64,000 nucleotides of DNA, taken from the NCBI GenBank assembly GCA_963713825.1, contig CAVQNG010000005.1, positions 256,001-320,000 of the forward strand, written 5' to 3'. The stretch is from an uncultured Acidobacteriota bacterium (GTDB taxonomy: Bacteria; Acidobacteriota; Thermoanaerobaculia; Multivoradales; JAHEKO01). Under the pieces are notes generated by a model. It did not search any database and was not told where the DNA came from. It saw only the letters and a list, made by a program, of their open reading frames with translations. Both the position numbers and the translations under genes were made by a program. Of this stretch, positions 58,190-64,000 are shown one piece after another. Numbering within the stretch: position 1 is the stretch's first letter; each line of letters opens with the position of its first letter.

Positions 58190-59875
58190 ATGCGGCGAAC
58201 GACGAAACGGCTGCCTCGCATCGGAGCGCTGCTGGTCTGGTCGACCGCGGTCGTGCTGCTGAACGGATGCAGTCCTCGCCAACCAGCGTCATCCGGCGGT
58301 TTCGATCCTCAGCCGACTCGGGGCTACATTCTGATCTCGATCGACACGCTGCGGGCCGATCACCTCGGGGCCTATGGCTATGGGCGAGACACCAGCCCCT
58401 TCCTGGACTCCCTCGCCGCCCGGGGTACTTTGTTCGAACGTGCTGTCGTCCAGTACCCGTCGACGCTCACCTCCCACATGTCCATCTTCACGGGTCTCTA
58501 TCCGCAGGAGCACGAAGTGCTGCCTCCCTCGACCGTGCTCTCAGCAGAGATCGAGACCCTGCCCGAGATCTTCCAGAGACAGGGATTCAGGACCGCTGGC
58601 CACACCGAGGGTGGATTCATGGCGGCGGGGTACGGTTTCGGTCGGGGCTTCGATGAGTTCACCGATACCGCCTACAGCTCCGACACCGATGTCGAGCGGA
58701 CCTTCCGGCGGGGCCTCGACTTTTTGCGCTCACTCGAGGTGGACGACTCGTTCTTCCTGTTCCTCCACACCTACGCCGTCCACGATCCGTACGAGCCGCC
58801 CGAACGCTTCCGGTCGCTGTTTTGGCCAGGGGACGCCCCGGCGGCCGCCGACTCGAGCGGCGAGCTCCTGCGCCAGATCAACCAGGGAAGCCAATCGGTG
58901 TCAGCGGAGACCCTGCGCTACTACGAGGCGCAGTACGACGCCACAATTCGCTATGTAGACGAGGTGCTGCAGGAGTTCGTGACCGAGCTGCAGAACTTGG
59001 GGCTGCTTGGGGAGACAACGCTGGTCATCACCTCGGACCATGGCGAGGAGTTTGGCGAGCACGGCAAGGTAGCCCATACCCAGGTCTACCCGGAATGTCT
59101 GGTGGTGCCCTTGCTCTTCGTGCATCCTCGACAGAGCGAAGGATTGCGGGTGCCCGACCTGGTAGAAACGGTAGACCTCGCGCCGACCCTGCTCGAACTG
59201 GCAGGAATCGAAGCCTCGGACTCTTTCTCTGGCAGCAGTCTGGTCGGCGACTTGCGAGGCGCCAGGCGCGAGGACCCGACCAGTCAGGCCTACGCCGAGG
59301 TGCTCGAAGAAGAGAAGGTGAGAACCCTGATGGCGCGCGCCCCCGGGGCCTTCTTGCAGCTCCTGTTGGTCGAGCCAGAGCCAGATCCCGTCGGCCCCTG
59401 GATCCGCGATGCTTTCACCTTCGACACCGAAGAAAGCAGCCTGGAGTTCGAGGCCCACAGCTTTCACCACCCACGCCGCGTTGACGTCACCGTCGACGGC
59501 TCGCCTCTCTCCGTCATCGAGCTTGGGCCCGACTGGCAGCCGATAGTGCTCGAGCTGCCGAGCGGGCGAGGAACGATCCGGCGCGTCGGCCTCCAAGCTG
59601 ACGGTTGCATCTCGCCTGCAGCGGTGGGAGAGAGCACCGACGATCGCTGTCTGGCCTTCCAAACCAGGGGCCTCGAGCCGATGCGACACGAGTTGTATGA
59701 CCTGGGCGACGACCCGGGAGCGCAGACGGACCTGTTCAGGGAGCGCGCGAAGCTACGGCGCAGGCTGAGCGAGCGTCTGGCCGCCATGCAGTGGGAATCC
59801 CGAGCCGAGCCCGGTCAGCAGGAGCTGTCGGCAGAAGACGAGGCCGCTCTTCGAGCCCTTGGCTACCTGGACTGA
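58190..59875 (+). CDS. sulfatase-like (alkaline phosphatase superfamily) lipoprotein
   Basis: Lipobox LNGC, ISIDTLRAD, PSTLTSH, HDPY, SDHGEEFGEHG, an inserted beta-rich domain and a terminal LRALGY. Confidence 0.88.
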   Translation: MRRTTKRLPRIGALLVWSTAVVLLNGCSPRQPASSGGFDPQPTRGYILISIDTLRADHLGAYGYGRDTSPFLDSLAARGTLFERAVVQYPSTLTSHMSIFTGLYPQEHEVLPPSTVLSAEIETLPEIFQRQGFRTAGHTEGGFMAAGYGFGRGFDEFTDTAYSSDTDVERTFRRGLDFLRSLEVDDSFFLFLHTYAVHDPYEPPERFRSLFWPGDAPAAADSSGELLRQINQGSQSVSAETLRYYEAQYDATIRYVDEVLQEFVTELQNLGLLGETTLVITSDHGEEFGEHGKVAHTQVYPECLVVPLLFVHPRQSEGLRVPDLVETVDLAPTLLELAGIEASDSFSGSSLVGDLRGARREDPTSQAYAEVLEEEKVRTLMARAPGAFLQLLLVEPEPDPVGPWIRDAFTFDTEESSLEFEAHSFHHPRRVDVTVDGSPLSVIELGPDWQPIVLELPSGRGTIRRVGLQADGCISPAAVGESTDDRCLAFQTRGLEPMRHELYDLGDDPGAQTDLFRERAKLRRRLSERLAAMQWESRAEPGQQELSAEDEAALRALGYLD

Positions 59876-61710
59876 GCGGCTCCTGTGCTGCTTTCCGAGG
59901 GTGGCTCCTGGCCGGCTGCGCCGGGGCGCATCTTCGGCGGTAGCCTGCGGCCGAAGTACCGGATGTCTGCAACGGCCTCGGAGCCGGAAGGTTCTACGAG
60001 CTTCAGGCGAAGGCTGCGAACGTCGTAGCTCGCCTCGCTATCCCACCAGAATCCATGCCGCCTCCAGGCCGGTGAGAGGCTGATCTGCAGCACACCGGGA
60101 GCGACATCGACCGAGCCGTCGAGGGGATAGACATCGCTTCTCTGCCAATCTGTGACCTCTAGGACGGCCTGAGGCGAGCTCGTTTGGACGGCAATCTTCA
60201 AGGACTCCCCCGACCACGAGGTGGCGACGACGAGCTCTGCGGCTGGCATCTCCGAGCTCAGGCGGAAGCTCTGGGTGCCAATGTCGCTGAAGGGATCGAC
60301 AAAGCGGACGAAGTCCCGCCGCCAGTAGCGCGACTCGATGCCATCGATGTTCTTGGCCGTCGACTCGAAGGGTAGAAGTCGGAAGAGACCGGCGTGAGCA
60401 TGGCTCTGGCTGGAGGAGCCCATGTCTCGAGTGAGGGCCATCGAAGACACCCCCGAGCTCCAGAATCCCAAGGCCAGCAACCATGCCACCGCCAGAAGGC
60501 GGGGTGACGGCAGCTGCCGCACCGCGAGCAGAATCGCCGGCAGCACCACCACGAAGTATCGATTGCCCAGGAAGGTCGAGCCGCCGAAGTAGTTCTCCGG
60601 CATCCAGAGCAGGTAGAACCCCACGACAAGGCCAGCGGCGCCGAGTAGCGACAGGGTCACCCAGTTCGGTCGCCTGGAGGCCTGGAGAAGGAGCACCAAA
60701 GCGACCGGGAAATAGGCCAGAAGGCCCGTATGTCGGCCGCAGAAGAAGTAGAAGAGAGAGTAGGCCGAGCGCTTCGGCTCGAAGTGTGGGATCCAGGAAG
60801 CGGACTGTGTCGCTGGGCTGGTCGAGAAGCGCTCCGCGGCCGCCTCAGCTTCGACTCCAGTCGGGTAGCCGGTCCGGGCATTGAAGCTGGAGCGAACTGC
60901 CTTGTAGGGATTCGCAGTCCCCAGGAAGTGCTGGGTGGCGCCGCTGACCAGTCCGAACGCCACCAGGGCCAGAGCCGCGACGACCATGGAATGGCGGTAT
61001 CGGCGATGGAGGAAGGCGATCAGCACCGGCGCCGCGACCAATGCCGCGGTGCTGAATCGCATCGATACAGCTGCCCCAAGGAGAAGCCCTCCAACGGCCG
61101 GCGACAGGAGTGGACGGCCCAGAATCTTGGCTGGGAGGACCTTGTCGGCGATCGGCAGCCCTTCGAGTGCAAGGACCAATCCCGCCAGAACCATCGCAGC
61201 CTGGGCGAGGTCGCTCATCCGCCAACCCAGGTAGGGAAGCAACGCACTGCAACCAAGGAAGGTGGCCAGGGTCCAGAAAGTGTGTGCTGCGGAGCCGAGC
61301 CGTCGCAGGTGGATCCATGCCACGAGCAATGCGATGCCGAGAAGCACAGCATTGGTGGCCAGCATTCCCGCCTCACCGAAAAGCCAGAAAAGAGGCGTCG
61401 CCATGAGCGGGTAGAGGATCGGCTTCGAGAATGTGACCCCCCGCTCGGTGCGTTGCAGGATGACGGCCGGTGGCGGCCCGTCCTGGCGATCCTGGAGCCT
61501 TTGCAGGTCACCTTCGTCGAAGGTCAGGTCTGCGTCGATGGCGAGGCTCGAGGTCATGGCCACGAATGTCCCTTCATCACCCCAGAGACGGTCGGACGAA
61601 GGGCGCAGCACCTGCATTGCCGCCAGGACGGAAAGCACAGCGACGATGCCTACGCCGCCGATTGTGGTGGCTACAGACCAGGAGCGGGTACCTGTTGGCG
61701 AGGAGCGCAC
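59863..61710 (-). CDS. multi-pass membrane protein, probable GT-C glycosyltransferase
   Basis: GDE in the first periplasmic loop, about 10 TM and a GG...GNRYF motif. Confidence 0.65.
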   Translation of the reverse strand: MRSSPTGTRSWSVATTIGGVGIVAVLSVLAAMQVLRPSSDRLWGDEGTFVAMTSSLAIDADLTFDEGDLQRLQDRQDGPPPAVILQRTERGVTFSKPILYPLMATPLFWLFGEAGMLATNAVLLGIALLVAWIHLRRLGSAAHTFWTLATFLGCSALLPYLGWRMSDLAQAAMVLAGLVLALEGLPIADKVLPAKILGRPLLSPAVGGLLLGAAVSMRFSTAALVAAPVLIAFLHRRYRHSMVVAALALVAFGLVSGATQHFLGTANPYKAVRSSFNARTGYPTGVEAEAAAERFSTSPATQSASWIPHFEPKRSAYSLFYFFCGRHTGLLAYFPVALVLLLQASRRPNWVTLSLLGAAGLVVGFYLLWMPENYFGGSTFLGNRYFVVVLPAILLAVRQLPSPRLLAVAWLLALGFWSSGVSSMALTRDMGSSSQSHAHAGLFRLLPFESTAKNIDGIESRYWRRDFVRFVDPFSDIGTQSFRLSSEMPAAELVVATSWSGESLKIAVQTSSPQAVLEVTDWQRSDVYPLDGSVDVAPGVLQISLSPAWRRHGFWWDSEASYDVRSLRLKLVEPSGSEAVADIRYFGRRLPPKMRPGAAGQEPPSESSTGAAQSR

Positions 61711-61875
61711 GTCGGTAGGGATACGGCTAGATCGGCACGAGTCTACCGGGAATGACGAGCCTTGTTAATTGGCAGTGACTGCGCAGCCCGAGCCTGACAG
61801 AGGAAGAATCGGGTGCCTTCGACCCCACGTCGACCGCAGGGGCTTGTGCTATTCTGGCTCCCCAGGTGAATGAAG

Positions 61876-62127
61876 ATGGCTATTGACCCGGATCTCCTCG
61901 AAATTCTCGTCTGCCCGAAGACCAAAGGCGACCTCGAGCTGGTGGACTTGCCGGCTGAGCTCTGCCGCAGCCTCGTGGCGAAGTACCAGGAGCACTTCCG
62001 GGACGAAGAGCCCGTGGTGGAGAAGGGGCTCTACTCTCCGGATTCGCAGCTGGTCTACCCGATCGTCTCCGACATTCCCATCATGCTGGTGGACGAAGCC
62101 CTGCCGGCCTCGGCAATTGGGCGCTGA
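61876..62127 (+). CDS. Trm112-like (UPF0434/YcaR) protein
   Basis: LLEILVCPKTKG.L ... YPI..DIPIMLVDEA, with a central insertion. Confidence 0.85.
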   Translation: MAIDPDLLEILVCPKTKGDLELVDLPAELCRSLVAKYQEHFRDEEPVVEKGLYSPDSQLVYPIVSDIPIMLVDEALPASAIGR

Positions 62128-62195
62128 GCTCGCCAATGCGGGATCGAAGCCCGCAAACACCCCACAACCCACCGTCCAGATCGGGCCCATGAATC

Positions 62196-62927
62196 ATGCG
62201 GGCTAGGTTGGACCAGCTGTTGGTGGACCAGGGGCTCTTCGAGAGCCGAGAGCGCGCCCGTCGAGCGGTGATGGCCGGCAGCGTGACGGTCGACGGGGTG
62301 TCGGTGGACAAGCCTGGCACCTCGGTTCCCGACGCAGCAAAGCTGGAAGTGATCGGACCGAAGGAGCCCTTCGTGTCTCGGGGCGGTCGCAAGCTCTCGC
62401 ATGCCCTGGACCACTTCGGGATCGATCCGACGGGTTGGACCTGCCTGGATGTCGGGGCCTCGACGGGAGGATTCACCGATTGCCTGTTGCAGAGAGGCGC
62501 CGAGCGGGTCTATGCACTGGATGTGGGTCGAGGACAGCTCGATTACCGCTTGCGCAGTGATCGCCGAGTCGTCACCCTGGAGGGCATCAACGCGCGGTAT
62601 CTCGAATTGGATGACATCCCGGAGCCCTGCCAGCTCGTTACAGTTGATGTCTCCTTCATCTCACTCCTCAAGGTGGTGCCCGCCCTGCTGCCCGTTCTGC
62701 CGGTCGGCGGGTATCTCCTGACACTGATCAAGCCGCAGTTCGAAGTGGGCCGGGAGCTGGTCGGAAAGGGTGGCATTGTGCGGCATGAGCCTCTCCGGCA
62801 GGAAGTCATTCGGCAGCGCGGCGAGGATCTCGCTTCCCTGGGCCTGGCGCTCATGGGTATAGTTGACTCGGAGGTGGTTGGGGCCAAGGGCAATCGTGAG
62901 GCCCTGGCGCTGTTCCGGAAAAGCTGA
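62196..62927 (+). CDS. tlyA: TlyA family rRNA 2'-O-methyltransferase / hemolysin A
   Basis: S4 domain RLDQLLV, FVSRGG.KL, DVGASTGGFTD, DVSFISL, KPQFE and GNRE motifs. Confidence 0.95.
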   Translation: MRARLDQLLVDQGLFESRERARRAVMAGSVTVDGVSVDKPGTSVPDAAKLEVIGPKEPFVSRGGRKLSHALDHFGIDPTGWTCLDVGASTGGFTDCLLQRGAERVYALDVGRGQLDYRLRSDRRVVTLEGINARYLELDDIPEPCQLVTVDVSFISLLKVVPALLPVLPVGGYLLTLIKPQFEVGRELVGKGGIVRHEPLRQEVIRQRGEDLASLGLALMGIVDSEVVGAKGNREALALFRKS

Positions 62928-63790
62928 TGACAAGTCCCTCCGAGACCCGCAAGATCGCCGTCGTCGCCAAGCGCGTCAGTCAGGAAGCTCTGGAAACCGC
63001 GGTCGAGCTGGCCCATTGGCTGCGTCGCAGGCAGCTGGGCGTGGCGTTGGAAGAGACCATTCTGGAGGCCGACCCGGAAGTTCAGGCGGAGGCCTTCGAC
63101 CGGTCGGAGATCTACGATCTCGTCGTCGTCCTGGGTGGCGACGGAACGTTGCTTTCCGTCGCCCGAAGTCTCGCCGATTCGATCCCGATACTGGGGGTCA
63201 ACATGGGGAACCTGGGCTTCCTCACCGAAGTTCCGAGATCCGAGCTCTACCCCTCCATTATGAAGTTCCTGGAAGGGGACTATGAAGTCGATGAACGCGC
63301 CCTGTTGGATGTGAGTCTGCGGCGGGCCACCGGCGAAGAGGTGTCGTATCGGGTGCTCAACGATGCCGTCATCAACAAGAGCGCCCTGGCCAGGATCATC
63401 GAGCTGGTGGTGACCGTGGATGGTCACCGCGTCGCCACCTATCGTTCGGACGGTCTGATCATCTCGACGCCGACCGGCTCCACGGCCTACAACCTGGCAG
63501 CGGGCGGTCCGATTCTGAATCCCCAGCTGCCGGTTGTGGTGGTAACGCCCATCTGCCCTCATACTCTGACCCTGCGGCCCATCGTGGTCCCCGATTCGGC
63601 GAGTGTCGAGCTCCGGTTGGAAACCCCGCATGAAGAGGTCTACCTGACCCTGGATGGTCAGGAGGGGACCCAGATCGAATGCGGAGTTACGATCCGTCTG
63701 CGTCGATCGAATGACGTGGTCCGGCTCGTCAAGACCAGCGACCGCACGTTCTACGACAGTCTGCGCGATAAACTCAGGTGGGGCCACTAG
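62927..63790 (+). CDS. nadK: NAD kinase
   Basis: GGDGT, GNLGFL, LND and DG..ISTPTGSTAY.L.AGGP motifs. Confidence 0.96.
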   Translation: MTSPSETRKIAVVAKRVSQEALETAVELAHWLRRRQLGVALEETILEADPEVQAEAFDRSEIYDLVVVLGGDGTLLSVARSLADSIPILGVNMGNLGFLTEVPRSELYPSIMKFLEGDYEVDERALLDVSLRRATGEEVSYRVLNDAVINKSALARIIELVVTVDGHRVATYRSDGLIISTPTGSTAYNLAAGGPILNPQLPVVVVTPICPHTLTLRPIVVPDSASVELRLETPHEEVYLTLDGQEGTQIECGVTIRLRRSNDVVRLVKTSDRTFYDSLRDKLRWGH

Positions 63791-63893
63791 TCAGCGGCTC
63801 CGCTCCGGAGCCCGCACTGTCGGGCCCGTGCAGTGAAGCTTCGAGAGCACTGCCTTTGGGGAGAGTGCTTCTATAGGGCGGGTCTGCCGGTCG

Positions 63894-64000
63894 ATGTCAG
63901 CCGAACAATCCAGGAACAACGCCGAGGAAACCGAGGCTCCCAAGGGGCGTCGGCGCCGGCACGGCCGTGTCCGTCGCTGGATGGTCCGACCGGCCATGTG
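63894..64000 (+). CDS. start of an unidentified gene (3' partial)
   Basis: ATG 63894 reads MSAEQSRNNAEETEAPKGRRRRHGRVRRWMVRPAM and stays open to the window end. Resembles the cytoplasmic tail of a membrane-anchored protein. Confidence 0.4.
   Translation, partial: MSAEQSRNNAEETEAPKGRRRRHGRVRRWMVRPAM

Overview
GC-rich bacterial chromosome segment. Gene content (Oar-type TonB-dependent receptor, VWA and CRTAC1/FG-GAP proteins, many TPR proteins, short PheT) suggests Acidobacteriota, possibly Thermoanaerobaculia; this is inference. Housekeeping blocks are proS; tRNA-Val x2-thrS-rpmI-rplT-pheS-pheT-zapB-zapA-6S RNA-rny-ymdB, with infC missing from its usual place; and tlyA-nadK. Two envelope regions lie between them. 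(1) A ~25 kb cluster (13.4-38.7 kb) encodes only exported proteins: a TonB-dependent receptor with a candidate sigma54/IHF promoter, three CRTAC1/ASPIC-UnbV beta-propellers coupled to TPR proteins, two 'sulfatase'-TPR lipoproteins, a transglutaminase-TPR lipoprotein and a VWA protein. This is the best candidate for an uncharacterised system. (2) A surface-glycan modification region (48-62 kb) encodes GT2, GH38, an ArnT-like and another GT-C protein, PagL, AlgI/AlgJ and a sulfatase-like lipoprotein. All four 'sulfatases' in the window carry a Thr nucleophile and EptA/MCR-like metal motifs rather than the formylglycine motif. Non-coding highlights: two ~550-600 bp modular palindromic repeat mosaics (4.9-5.5 kb and 54.8-55.3 kb) sharing a conserved structured core, a highly structured leader upstream of the hbd-TPR-proS operon, and a SigW-type autoregulatory ECF promoter. 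Three genes have single frameshifts, most likely assembly errors.
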